Shown: positions 18,204 to 28,538, counted from the first letter of the stretch. The stretch: 64,000 bases of DNA from an uncultured Spirochaetota bacterium (GCA_963827275.1 CAWHAA010000010.1:384001-448000), one strand, 5' to 3'. A program made the numbers and translations. The notes: a model not told the origin generated them from the sequence alone.

Positions 18204-19192
18204 GGACCCTCGCTGATGATCCGGTCCCCTCCGCCCTCGCGAGCCGTGAACATCCTCCTGAAACAGAGGTCGACAAGCTCTTTCGGATGGCCCGCGTGGG
18301 ACGGGTACGCGGCCACGCCGATGCTCACCGTCGTGCCGAACCCGCCGCCGGTTATATGGTCATAATTGAGCGCGGCCAGCAGCCGCAGCACGTGGCCGGC
18401 AAAGACACGCGCGGCATCGAGCCCCGTGGCCGGCAAAATGACGGCAAACTCGTCGCCCCTGAACCGCACCGCGATGTCCCGCTGCCGGAACTGCGACCTG
18501 ATGCTGAAGGCGATCAGGCGCAGGGCCTTGTCGCCCGCCTCGTGGCCGCATTCGTCGTTGATCGCCTTGAAGCGGTCCGGCTTGATCATTATAATGCAGG
18601 TCTCCGGGCCGAACTCCTCGAGCTGGCGCGGGAATTCCTCGTCGAGGAACGTCCTGTTGTAGAGGCCGGTGAGCTTGTCGTAGAAGAGCTGGTGCTTCAA
18701 TTCGCGGACCCACTGCGATTTCTCGGATATGAGCCGGTTGGTGCTCCGGATCCTGCCGGCAATGACCGCCATGAGCTCGTGGAGGATGCTCGCCGAAATA
18801 TCGGGGTGCAGGGCCAGCACGTCCTGGAACCGTATTTCCCGTGCGGGAAAGACCAGCAGCTCCGCGTCGGTCTCGGCGCTGGCCGTCGCGGTCATCTTCT
18901 TGTTCTCCAGAAGGTCCATCTCGCCGAAGCACTCGCCGGCGATAAACTGTGCGATATTGATGGTTTCATCCTCACCGCGCTTTTTGGTAATGAGCACTTC
19001 GCCCTTCCTGATCACGTAAAGCCCGTCGCCGTAGCTCCCCTCGCTGAAGATGACGTCGCCCTTGCCGTAGGCGTAATAACCGCTGTTCTCGGCCACAACG
19101 GCGAGCTCCCGGCTGCCGAGCTTGGCAAAGAGGTTCACCCCCTTCAGGAGGTCCATTTTTACGCTGATGTCGGTTTCGTTATCGGTGCCCAT
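18200..19192 (-). CDS. cNMP-binding + degenerate GGDEF protein
   Basis: FGEMDLL cNMP domain without the conserved Arg; KPDRFK in place of DxDxFK; RFRGDEF; 4-bp overlap with the downstream gene. Confidence 0.85.
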   Translation of the reverse strand: MGTDNETDISVKMDLLKGVNLFAKLGSRELAVVAENSGYYAYGKGDVIFSEGSYGDGLYVIRKGEVLITKKRGEDETINIAQFIAGECFGEMDLLENKKMTATASAETDAELLVFPAREIRFQDVLALHPDISASILHELMAVIAGRIRSTNRLISEKSQWVRELKHQLFYDKLTGLYNRTFLDEEFPRQLEEFGPETCIIMIKPDRFKAINDECGHEAGDKALRLIAFSIRSQFRQRDIAVRFRGDEFAVILPATGLDAARVFAGHVLRLLAALNYDHITGGGFGTTVSIGVAAYPSHAGHPKELVDLCFRRMFTAREGGGDRIISEGP

Positions 19193-19252
19193 CGCCCGTC
19201 CTGCATCTGAAAAAAGCCGCGCCCGGTGCCGCCGCGGCACCGGGGCATCGCC

Positions 19253-19726
19253 CTACCGGAGCTGCCGGTTGAGCATCTCCATGTAGCCCTTGAGCATGAA
19301 GAGCATGGCCCGGTCGAAGTAGAGGGTGACCCGGTTGTTCAGCTCAAGCGCCTCCATGTAATCGGTCTTCTCGTCATACATCCTGTTCATGACATAGAGC
19401 CATATGTGCCGCCGCTGGAGGATCAGGCCCTTCATCGCCTGCTGGACCGGGATCCCCATGTCAAAACGCTCCTTCCCGACCTTCACGTACCGCTCCTCGA
19501 TCTTGTCCTTGGAGAATTCCCGCGAGATCCACTTTGACAGGTCCTTGTACATCGTGACGCTCGACTCGTAGATCTTGTCGCGGTCGGCGCCCCGGTACGC
19601 GGCGGTTTCCGGGTGCTTCAGCAGGTCGTTCATGAACGTCTCGGTCAGTTCCTGGTGGTTTTCCTCGATGAGCTGAATGAACTTGTTTGAAAGTATGTTC
19701 CTGGTCTTGATGATCGGCTGTTTCAT
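19253..19726 (-). CDS. All-alpha protein, probably non-haem globin-like (RsbRD_N/HisK_N-like)
   Basis: Helical pattern LIEENHQEL...VGKERFDMGIP...YFDRA..GY; AAGGAGG RBS. Confidence 0.5.
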   Translation of the reverse strand: MKQPIIKTRNILSNKFIQLIEENHQELTETFMNDLLKHPETAAYRGADRDKIYESSVTMYKDLSKWISREFSKDKIEERYVKVGKERFDMGIPVQQAMKGLILQRRHIWLYVMNRMYDEKTDYMEALELNNRVTLYFDRAMLFMLKGYMEMLNRQLR

Positions 19727-19755
19727 CTCATCCCCTCCTTGCCTCATGCGACGTC

Positions 19756-20976
19756 TTAATTTTCAAGGATCGTTATCTCCACGCGCCGGTTGCGCTTCAT
19801 CCCCGCTTCCGTCGAGTTGTCCGCTGCCGGCTCGCGGGACCCCCTGCCGCGCGTTGTCACCTGCGCCTTCCGGGTCACGCCCTTTGATATAAGGAAATCG
19901 GCGACCGCCATTGCGCGCTGCTCGGAGAGGACCTGCGACGTCCGCTCGTCCCCGAACCGCGCCGTGTGCCCGGTGACGAGGAGGTCCCGGTCGCCGAACC
20001 GCGCGAGCAGGCCTGCGATGCGACCCAGCTTTTCCCTCTCAGCCTCGGTCAGCAGCGATGAATTGGGAGGAAACTGCACATTCTCCATCACGATGGTGAC
20101 GCCCTGCTTGTCCTTCCGGACCGCCGTATCGGTAATCCCGCCGTCCCGGATCTTTTTATTCAGGTCATCGGCGACCTTCTCCCGGTCAAGGAGCGCGGAT
20201 TTCAGGAGCCGGCCGTCAGCGGTGCCCCGGTACTCAATCGTTGACCCGTTTGAAAGATGGAATATGTAATCGAAATCCTCGTGGTACGAGTGGAATATCC
20301 CGGAGGCGGTGTCCCACCAGTAGACGAGGTCTGATCTCCCCGTTATCTTCACCGGCACGGCGCGCGCCGGCGTGCGCGCGTAGCCGACCGTGTGGAAGGT
20401 GGTGTACTCGACCTTCAGCACGGCGCACGGCACCCCCTCCTTTACCTCATCGCGCAGGTAGGTAAAGTGAGCCTTCACCGGGAAGCGGAGCGGGTCCCGG
20501 ATGTCGTAGCCGCGCCGGAGATCATGCACCTCCTCGGCTTCACCCGTCCAGGCGTCGCCCGGCACCACGGCCCTGCCGGGAAACTGCGGCACGTTCCGCA
20601 CTACCGGCATGAAGTACTTCCCCTCTATGGTGAAAATCCCCGCCCCGTCGCGCCAGAACTGCGAATGGTAATCCTCTTTTAAATGGTAGGTGTTCAGGCC
20701 GCCCTGTATGATCTCCGACATCTGGAAATCGCATTCGAGCCTGCCGCTGCCCTCACGCACCTCGGCGGTGTGCACTGCGACCTTGTTGAGGATGCGCGAC
20801 GCATGGGAGCGGGCGCCGTTTACGAGGATCTCCTCGTTCACCTCGGTAAGGATGCGGTAGTTGGCCCCCTGTTCATACTTGAATTTCAGGGCCTGCCCGT
20901 CAGCCAGCGCCGTACTGCCGGCAGGCAGGGCCAACAGGAGCAGGCATATCGGCATACAGCGGGAAAAACGTTTCAT
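19756..20976 (-). CDS. OmpA-family peptidoglycan-binding protein
   Basis: Signal peptide; C-terminal VTGHT, LSEQRA.AV, NRRVEI. Confidence 0.88.
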   Translation of the reverse strand: MKRFSRCMPICLLLLALPAGSTALADGQALKFKYEQGANYRILTEVNEEILVNGARSHASRILNKVAVHTAEVREGSGRLECDFQMSEIIQGGLNTYHLKEDYHSQFWRDGAGIFTIEGKYFMPVVRNVPQFPGRAVVPGDAWTGEAEEVHDLRRGYDIRDPLRFPVKAHFTYLRDEVKEGVPCAVLKVEYTTFHTVGYARTPARAVPVKITGRSDLVYWWDTASGIFHSYHEDFDYIFHLSNGSTIEYRGTADGRLLKSALLDREKVADDLNKKIRDGGITDTAVRKDKQGVTIVMENVQFPPNSSLLTEAEREKLGRIAGLLARFGDRDLLVTGHTARFGDERTSQVLSEQRAMAVADFLISKGVTRKAQVTTRGRGSREPAADNSTEAGMKRNRRVEITILEN

Positions 20977-21090
20977 GTCTGTCACCCCTCCATGTATCAA
21001 TCAGTACGCCGCGCCGGGCGGACCCGGCGCCGGCCTGTTCCGCGGCGAACTTCATCGGCTGTCGTTTCAACCCTCATTGTGTCGTCCGCG

Positions 21091-21693
21091 CTATTCCTTC
21101 TCTTCTCCCAGCGGTGCCTCGATCAACCGGGACTTCATCTTTTTTCTTCCTCTCAGACGTTTGACGATATATATAACCGAAGCGACCAGGAAGATACCCC
21201 CCATGATTATCAGCTCGTATTTCTTGATATCATCAACCACCGCTTCCATGATCTGTCCGAAAAAAAATCCGAGCACCCCGAGCGTCACCGCCCAGATCGC
21301 GGCGCTGAGTATGTTTAGCAAAATAAACTTCTTCAGGGAAACGCTGCTCAGGCCAATGGCAAAGGGGGCCACAGTGCGAAGGCCGTATAAAAAACGAAAC
21401 GCCAGGATAAACCAGGTTTCATGCCTGGCCATCAGCTTCCTGAAACGGATGACGCGGGGTTCCCAGCTCCTGTATTTCTTGAGCAGCGATTCGCCCTTGT
21501 ACCGGCCTATGAAGAAATAGAGCTGGTCTCCGAAGAGGCTGCCGAAAAACGCCGCCACAATAACAAAGGGAAGCTCCAGGTATGCCTCGTAGGCCGCGAA
21601 GCCGGCGACAACAAGAATGGTCTCACCCTCAAGAAACGTACCGATGAATACCGCCAGGTAGCCGAATTCCCGCACAAGCGATTCTATGTTCAT
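21091..21693 (-). CDS. DedA-family membrane protein
   Basis: LEGETIL, GDQLYFFIGR, RFLYGLR; ATGA overlap with the selD stop. Confidence 0.9.
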   Translation of the reverse strand: MNIESLVREFGYLAVFIGTFLEGETILVVAGFAAYEAYLELPFVIVAAFFGSLFGDQLYFFIGRYKGESLLKKYRSWEPRVIRFRKLMARHETWFILAFRFLYGLRTVAPFAIGLSSVSLKKFILLNILSAAIWAVTLGVLGFFFGQIMEAVVDDIKKYELIIMGGIFLVASVIYIVKRLRGRKKMKSRLIEAPLGEEKE

Positions 21694-22757
21694 TTTATGA
21701 TAATCCTTTGAGTTGCATTCCCTTTCGCCGTGGCGATGACCGCTGCGTCCGCGACCCCCGCGGCATGCAGGTCGGCCAGGAATTGCTCCGCCCTTCCTTC
21801 AGGAACGGCGATAAGAAGCCCGCCCGAGGTCTGCGGGTCAAACAGTATATCGGCGAGCTCGGCGGAAAGCGACGGCCCGGTCTCGCACAGGCCGCCGACG
21901 AACTCCCGGTTCCGGTACATGCCGCCGGGGATGAGGCCGCCCGCCGCCGCATCGCGCGCGCCGGGGAGCACCGGGACGCGCTTCGCGTCGATCGTGATTT
22001 CAAGAGCGTTTTTTCCCAGCATCTCCTTCAGATGGCCGACCAGGCCGAACCCGGTGACGTCGGTGCAGGCATGGACGCCGTGCAGGAGCATGATCTCCGC
22101 GGCCGCGCTGTTCAGTGTCGTCATTGAGCGGACAAACGGCCCGATGACCCCCTCGCCCTGCGGGCCCGCCTTCTGGGCGGTCGCTATCAGGCCGGTGCCG
22201 AGCGGCTTCGTCAGCACGATGACGTCGCCGTCGGCCGGCGTATCGTTGCGCACCGCCCTGTCCGGACGCACCGTGCCCGTCACCGCGAGGCCGTACTTCA
22301 GCTCGGGGTCATCGACGCTGTGGCCGCCGAGGAGCTGCGTCCCCGCCTCTTCCATGACGGAGAGGCCGCCCGCGAGGATATCGCGCAGTACGCCCATGGA
22401 GAATTTTTTTACGGGAAAGCATACGACGTTCAGCGCCGTTATGGGCCTGCCGCCCATGGCGTAGATGTCCGACAGGCTGTTGCATGCAGCAATCCTGCCG
22501 AAGGTAAAGGGATCGTCAACGATCGGGGTGATGTAATCGACGGTCTGAACCAGCGCGATCGATTCAGATATCCGGTAGACGCCGGCATCGTCGCTGGCGT
22601 CCATCCCCACAATGACATTCCCGTCGTAGCTGACGCGCATGCCCCTCATTACCGCTTCAAGGTCGCCCGGACCTATCTTGGCCGCTCAGCCGGAGCTGGT
22701 GACTGACTCGGTGAGGCGCAGCTGGTCCAGCCTGCTGATGTCGCACTTGTCGCCCAT
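21690..22757 (-). CDS. selD: Selenophosphate synthetase containing selenocysteine (in-frame UGA = Sec24)
   Basis: MGDKC...LTESVTSSG-UGA-AAKIGPGDL continues in frame into DDAGVY, QTVDYITP, GGHS, TDVTGFGL, DPQTSGGLL; AAGGAG RBS before ATG 22757. Confidence 0.95.
22660..22674 (-). promoter_or_regulatory. Candidate bacterial SECIS hairpin
   Basis: On the minus strand AGGUC-CGGGC-GACCU begins after an 11-nt spacer following the UGA at 22688-22686. Confidence 0.65.
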
Positions 22758-22822
22758 TGCTTCTCCTTCTCCCCGGGTTACAGCCCGGGGCTATCAGAAC
22801 CCGGAGATATCAGAATCCGGGA

Positions 22823-23047
22823 TCATACCCATTCCTCAATCCTCTCGTATCCCACACCGCTCTTTTCAAGCACGTCCTTCACCCGCTGGACGTCTTCCTT
22901 CAGGACACGCACACAGTAGCCGCAGTCCGGGCTCAGTGAACTCGGTATCGGCACCATTTTCCTCTCGATGCCCGCCTTCTTTAAAAGGCGGAATGTCCAG
23001 ACGGACTGGGTAATGGAGCGGAAGAGTATCACGCAATAATTTTTCAT
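22823..23047 (-). CDS. DUF3343-family protein (selenium-cluster associated)
   Basis: YCVILFRSI...MVPIPSSLSPDCGYCVRV; ATGA overlap with the upstream desulfurase stop. Confidence 0.8.
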   Translation of the reverse strand: MKNYCVILFRSITQSVWTFRLLKKAGIERKMVPIPSSLSPDCGYCVRVLKEDVQRVKDVLEKSGVGYERIEEWV

Positions 23048-24229
23048 CGCTTCCCGCGGCTGATTTCCCCGAGCGCCCGTACGGCGAAATCGACCTCTTC
23101 TATCGTGTTGTAAATCCCGAAACTGAACCGCACCGTACCGCGCGGGTATGTCCCCATGGAGCGATGGGCCAGCGGGGCGCACTGAAGCCCGGGCCGGCAC
23201 ATGATCCTGTAGCCTTCCGAAAGATGAAACGCGGCTTCGGACGGCTCGATGCCGTCTATATTAAAAGAAACGACCCCCGTCCCGACCATGTCCGCCGGCA
23301 CATAGAGCTGCACTCCCCGCACGGATTCACCCGCGCGGGCAATAAAACGCTCCGCGAGCGCCCTTTTATGCGATTGTATCCCCCGCACGCCGTCCTGTAA
23401 AGACAAAATATGCCGTATCCCCGCAAAGAGGCCGCTGATGCCGGCGGCGTTCAGGGTGCCGCTTTCATACTTGTCCGGAAGGAACCCCGGCTGGTATTCG
23501 CTGTCCGAATTGCTGCCGGTGCCCCCGAATTTCAGGGGGCGGAGACGCTCCGCATCGAAGCTTCCCGCGAGCACGAGGCCGCCGGTCCCGGTAGGCCCGT
23601 AGAGCCCCTTGTGGCCGGCAAAGGCGAGCAGGTCGATGTAATCCTGCTCCATATCGATGGGGATGACACCGGCGGTCTGGGCGCAGTCCGCGAGAAGGAG
23701 GACGCCCCTCTCCCTGCACAGCGCCCCGATCTCGCGCAGCGGCTGGAGGGTGCCGAAGGCGTTCGAGGCGTGGTTGATTACCGCGAGCCTCGTTTCCGGT
23801 CGGATGCTCCGTCGAGAAGAGGGCGGGGTCCAGGCGCCCGCCCGGGCAGGGGACCACCGTCAGTGATACGCCGCGGGCCTCCATCTCCCGGAGGGGGCGG
23901 ATCACGCTGTTGTGCTCCATGGCCGAGGTGACGGCATGGTCCCCCGCGCCGAGGAGGCCCTGGATGGCGAGGTTGAGCGCCTCAGTGGCATTGGAGCTGA
24001 ATATCACCCGCATGGGACTTGCCGCGCCGAACAGGCCCGCCGCCGCCTCCCGCGCCGAAAAGACCGCCTCACCCGCGTCCACCGCGCGGGCATGCGCGGA
24101 CCGCCCCGGGTTCCCGCCGACGCGGGTCATGTAGTCCACGACCGCTTCGGTCACGGCCGCGGGCTTCGGGAACGAGGTGGCCGCGTTATCGAAATAAATG
24201 GCGCCGGCGGCTTCTTCCTGTGATGTCAT
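23044..24229 (-). pseudogene. Class V aminotransferase / cysteine desulfurase-like gene split by a frameshift near 23810-23815 (pseudogene or sequence error)
   Basis: YFDNAATSFPKP, NATEALN, MEHNSV in one frame; INHASN, ADCAQTAG, GHKGLYGP (PLP Lys), RPGLQCAP in another; removing one base joins them. Confidence 0.85.
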
Positions 24230-24493
24230 ATCTTTCAATTAATGCAGTTTCTTTCAATTGGACTTGCGGACATGCCCAGGATCTGCTCAAGGGCACGCTT
24301 CATCTTCCGTCCCGATCGATTATTTAGCAAGAAATTTTTTTCCTTCGTGCTGCCGCGGGGGACAACGGGGCCTATTATCACGGCGGCTTAATGTTTTTTT
24401 ACTTGCGCAATTATCCGCATGGATGGTAGTGTCACAAACCATGTTCATTGCCGGGACTGAAAAGTAAACGTCATTGCGCGGCCATCATAGCCC

Positions 24494-25948
24494 ATGTTCA
24501 CATATTTTGAATACATCATCATCTTTATCCCCCTTGTCCTGATCGCGTACTTTCTCATGAATTCGCGGGGACTGTACAGGCCCGCGTCGTTCTTCCTGAT
24601 CGGCGCCAGCCTCCTTTTCTACGGGCTCTGGAGGCCGGTCTTCGTTCCCCTGCTGCTGCTGTCCATTCTCGTAAATTTCGCGGTCGGCACGGCCCTCACC
24701 CGGCACGGGCCGGGGGCCATGAAGAAAAAAACACTCATTATCGCCGGCCTCTGCTTCAACATCGGGCTGCTCGGCTACTTCAAGTACATGAACTTCTTCA
24801 TTCAGAACATCAACCTCCTCTTCGGGTCGGACATCGGCCCCATGAAGATACTGCTCCCCCTGGGGATCAGCTTTTACACCTTTCTCCAGATTTCATTCAT
24901 CGTCGATTGCTACCGCGGCAAGATCATGGCCATAGACCCGCTCCGGTACCTGGAGTTCGTCACCTTCTTCCCCAAGCTCCTGCAGGGCCCCATTACCACC
25001 CATGACGAGATGGTGGCGCAGTTCGGCGACCCCGGAACGAAACGGGTGAACTATGAAAATATCGCCCGCGGTCTGCTGCTCCTCGCCATCGGCCTGATAA
25101 AAAAGATGGTCATCGCGGACAACCTCGCCGTCTGGGCCAATACCGGCTTCGACAGCGCCCCGGTGCTCAATTTTCTCGAGGCGTGGTTCGCCGCCCTCTC
25201 CTTCATCTTCCAGGTATACTTCGATTTCAGCGGCTACAGCGACATCGCCATCGGCATCGCGCTGATGTTCAACATCAAATTGCCGCTGAACTTCGATTCA
25301 CCCTACAAGGCGACCGACATCCAGGACCTCTGGCGCCGCTGGCACATCACCTTCCAGCGGTTCATGCGCGACTACGTGTATATATCCCTCGGCGGGAGCC
25401 GCAAAGGCGAAGCGCGGCTCTATTTCAACCTTATCATTACGTTCATTATCGGCGGCTTCTGGCACGGCGCCGGGTGGGGCTTTATCTTCTGGGGCGCGCT
25501 CAACGGGGTCGCCCTGATCGTCCACCGTATATGGAGAAAAACCGGGGTCGTGATGAACGACCACCTCGCCAGGGCAGCGACCTTTTTATTTTTCCTTTTT
25601 TCCGGCGTATATTTCAGGGCCGCTTCGCTCAAGGACGCCTTCAAGGTGCACCGCGGCATGCTCGGCCTCGAAGGATTCGCCCTGCCGGAATCCCTGAAGG
25701 GGCTCCCCTTTTTGAAGCCGCTCGCCGCGGACCGGGGCAACTGGCTGGCGCACCTCGGCCCGGAACAATATCATTTTATCTATCTCATACTGGCCTCGAT
25801 TGTAATAATCTTTTTCATGAAAAATTCAATGGAGCTGACTGAACGGATGAAGCCGACGGTCCGGTGGGCGCTGTTCGCCGGGCTTATCCTCGGCATCGGC
25901 ATACTGCACCTGACCCAGGTATCGGAATTCATCTATGCAAATTTTTAA
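24494..25948 (+). CDS. MBOAT-family O-acyltransferase (AlgI/PatA/DltB-like)
   Basis: LPLGISFYTF, YFDFSGYSDIA, WRRWHIT, GFWHGAGW catalytic His. Confidence 0.93.
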   Translation: MFTYFEYIIIFIPLVLIAYFLMNSRGLYRPASFFLIGASLLFYGLWRPVFVPLLLLSILVNFAVGTALTRHGPGAMKKKTLIIAGLCFNIGLLGYFKYMNFFIQNINLLFGSDIGPMKILLPLGISFYTFLQISFIVDCYRGKIMAIDPLRYLEFVTFFPKLLQGPITTHDEMVAQFGDPGTKRVNYENIARGLLLLAIGLIKKMVIADNLAVWANTGFDSAPVLNFLEAWFAALSFIFQVYFDFSGYSDIAIGIALMFNIKLPLNFDSPYKATDIQDLWRRWHITFQRFMRDYVYISLGGSRKGEARLYFNLIITFIIGGFWHGAGWGFIFWGALNGVALIVHRIWRKTGVVMNDHLARAATFLFFLFSGVYFRAASLKDAFKVHRGMLGLEGFALPESLKGLPFLKPLAADRGNWLAHLGPEQYHFIYLILASIVIIFFMKNSMELTERMKPTVRWALFAGLILGIGILHLTQVSEFIYANF

Positions 25949-25951
25949 GCT

Positions 25952-27007
25952 GTGACGACTATGAATTTTAAAAAATGGACCATCATTACCCTCCTGCTCT
26001 CCCTGATCGTGCCGGGCATCGCCGCGGGCATCAATTATTTCATGGACCCCCTCTGGTGCTTTTCCCATTCGCACCGGTTCAACATGGTGCAGGACGATTT
26101 CAATGAGCGCCAGCAGAAGACCAATTATATAACCTTTCGCGACTTCAATTACCGGGGGATCATCATAGGCGCCAGCACCAGTACGAACATCAGCCAGCGG
26201 TCGTTCGCGGGCATCTCCGTGTACAATTACGCGATAAACGGGCTCACCCCGGGCGAATACCTTCCCTACCTCACCTACGCGAAGCAGAGGAACGGACGCG
26301 ATTTCGAATACATCTTCCTCGGGCTGGATTTTCTCATGGCGGCGAGCTTCGGCGACCTGCAGATTGACGCCGAGAAGGTTTTTTCAGAAACTAACGGCTG
26401 GCTCTACCGGGTCAAGACGCTGGTCAGCGTCGACACCCTGAAATTCTCCAGGAAAAACTTCATGAACTCACTGGGGGTCCGCCATATCTATTACGACCGG
26501 GACAACATCAAGCACACGACCCCCCTGCCGCCCGAACGGATAGCATTGCACATGCAATACCTTATGGCGCATTTTGAAAAATCAAAAAGTCCCTATTCCT
26601 TCAACAATTTCGTCTACAACCCGGGGTACCGCGCCACGCTGAAAAAAATGCGGGATGAAAATCCGCGGAGCAGATTCGTCGTGTTCACCACGCCGGTCAT
26701 CATGCCCCTCATGGCATCGCTGGTCAAAAACAGGCTGCTCGGCGAATACCTGCGATGGATCAGGGACATCGTCGAGATATACGGCGACTGTTACCACTTC
26801 ATGTACCCGACCGCGATCAGCAGGGACTACATGAACAACTTCCACGACCCCAACCACTACAACAGCTCGGTGTGCACCTTGATGGTCGACGCCATGTATA
26901 ATAATACAATCACCGGTGACACGGACTTCGGGATGTATATCGACCGGTCGAACCTCCCCCGCAAGCTGGCGCAGCTGGAGCGCGCCATGAAGCAGGCGGC
27001 GCGCTGA
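25952..27007 (+). CDS. Membrane-anchored SGNH-like acyl-transfer partner of the MBOAT protein
   Basis: N-terminal TM; IIGAST, NYAING, C-terminal DPNH; 3 bp downstream of the MBOAT gene. Confidence 0.6.
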   Translation: MTTMNFKKWTIITLLLSLIVPGIAAGINYFMDPLWCFSHSHRFNMVQDDFNERQQKTNYITFRDFNYRGIIIGASTSTNISQRSFAGISVYNYAINGLTPGEYLPYLTYAKQRNGRDFEYIFLGLDFLMAASFGDLQIDAEKVFSETNGWLYRVKTLVSVDTLKFSRKNFMNSLGVRHIYYDRDNIKHTTPLPPERIALHMQYLMAHFEKSKSPYSFNNFVYNPGYRATLKKMRDENPRSRFVVFTTPVIMPLMASLVKNRLLGEYLRWIRDIVEIYGDCYHFMYPTAISRDYMNNFHDPNHYNSSVCTLMVDAMYNNTITGDTDFGMYIDRSNLPRKLAQLERAMKQAAR

Positions 27008-27009
27008 CA

Positions 27010-28440
27010 ATGCCCCTGCCCTCGCCCGGACGACGCTCCCCGAAAAAGGCGGCGTTCCCCCTGCCGGCCGCCCTGATCCTCGCCGCTCTCGCCATCATCG
27101 CGTCCGCGCACCCTTCAACCGCACGCCGCGCCCTGCGGCCGCTTTTCATACAGGTCCATATAACAAGCCCCGTCTCACGTATCTCGTCGGCGGACCTGCG
27201 TGCGCTGCTCGCCGGCGGACCTGCGCTGCCCGGGTCCTCCGGCAGACGGGGGGCGCGGATCTTCGCGGACAGCGCGATCGCGGACGGTCTCAGGCGGGCA
27301 TACCCCTCCCTCAGCGTCACTACCAGGTCATTCGCGGACGAGGGCCTGATGGCCGACCGGGGCTTTATCGGGATAAGCGACCTGCGCGGGCTCAGGCCCT
27401 GGTTCAAGGCGGTGTATCTGGACGGCGCCCTCCCCTGGGGCCGTCTCGGGGAGGACGGCTCTCTGGAGGAGACGGGTTCGTACCCGTTCGAGATGAAGGA
27501 AGCCGAACCCTGGGACCCAGCGAGCCACATTTCGATAGCCCAGACCGGCGTAACCGCCATGACCCGCGCCTTCATCCGCGCGGTCGACCGGTCGGGTGAC
27601 GTGCTCTCGCCGGTCAGGTACACGCGGAACATAACAGCGCGGGCCGACCTGGCCGTCACCTCCAGCGAAGTCTCCTTTCTCGAGCCCTGCTCCTGGCCGC
27701 TGAAGGACAGGATGCGCTTCTGCTCGCCGCTGCGCTTTTTCTCCATACTGGAGGCGTCAGGGTTCGATGTCATCGAGCTGACCGGGAACCACAACAACGA
27801 CTTCGGGAGCAGGCACGCCGCCGCATCAATCGACTTGATGGAACGGGCCGGCATGCGCTGGTTCGGCGGCGGAAGGGACAGGGGCGAGGCCGAATCGACG
27901 CTGTACGTCGGTATCAAGGGGAGGAAGATCGCCTTCCTCGGATACAATGAGCCGGGACCCGAGTACGCCTTCGCGACCGGCACAACCGCCGGGGCCGCGC
28001 GCTTTTCCGGCGCATCGTTCCAGCGCTCCATCGCCGCGGCCGCGGGAAAGGCGGATATCGTCTTTGTCTCGACGCAGTCGGCCAATGAGAACGACCCGGT
28101 CCCGTGGGAATCCCAGAAACGGCGCTTTCACCGCGCCGCGGAGCTCGGGGCCACCGTCATCGCCTCGTCCTCGGCGCACCGGCCCATGGGGATCGAGTTT
28201 TACCGGGGCAGGTTCATCTCATACGGGCTGGGGAACTTCCTCTTTGACCAGATGCAGAGCATCAATCACCGGCGGGGCATCATCGCGCGGCACCACTTCT
28301 ACAACGGGAGGCACGTTTCTACCGAACTCATCCCGTACATGATACATGACTACTCGCAGCCGCGGCCCCTCTCCGGTGCCGGCGCGCGCGAGTGCCTCGA
28401 GGAGGTGTTCAGGCACAGCATCGGGCCGGCGTTTCGATAG
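27010..28440 (+). CDS. CapA/PGA_cap-family metallophosphatase-like protein
   Basis: GFDVIELTGNHNNDFG, KIAFLGY, YGLGNFLFDQ. Confidence 0.8.
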   Translation: MPLPSPGRRSPKKAAFPLPAALILAALAIIASAHPSTARRALRPLFIQVHITSPVSRISSADLRALLAGGPALPGSSGRRGARIFADSAIADGLRRAYPSLSVTTRSFADEGLMADRGFIGISDLRGLRPWFKAVYLDGALPWGRLGEDGSLEETGSYPFEMKEAEPWDPASHISIAQTGVTAMTRAFIRAVDRSGDVLSPVRYTRNITARADLAVTSSEVSFLEPCSWPLKDRMRFCSPLRFFSILEASGFDVIELTGNHNNDFGSRHAAASIDLMERAGMRWFGGGRDRGEAESTLYVGIKGRKIAFLGYNEPGPEYAFATGTTAGAARFSGASFQRSIAAAAGKADIVFVSTQSANENDPVPWESQKRRFHRAAELGATVIASSSAHRPMGIEFYRGRFISYGLGNFLFDQMQSINHRRGIIARHHFYNGRHVSTELIPYMIHDYSQPRPLSGAGARECLEEVFRHSIGPAFR

Positions 28441-28538
28441 ATACCGGGTTGACCGGAAAATAATTGATTTTTATAGTTATGCGAACGGGCGGCGAGCTTG
28501 CCGGCGGGACAGGCTCGCCGCCCATCGAGTATTAATTT

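Noticed and set aside
22760..22825. tRNA-Sec, or UGA read-through of DUF3343
   Set aside because: No cloverleaf with a UCA anticodon; the UGA falls at a plausible end of the domain and read-through adds only a short unremarkable tail
23790..23830. Programmed ribosomal frameshift
   Set aside because: No canonical slippery heptamer; a mutation or sequencing error is simpler
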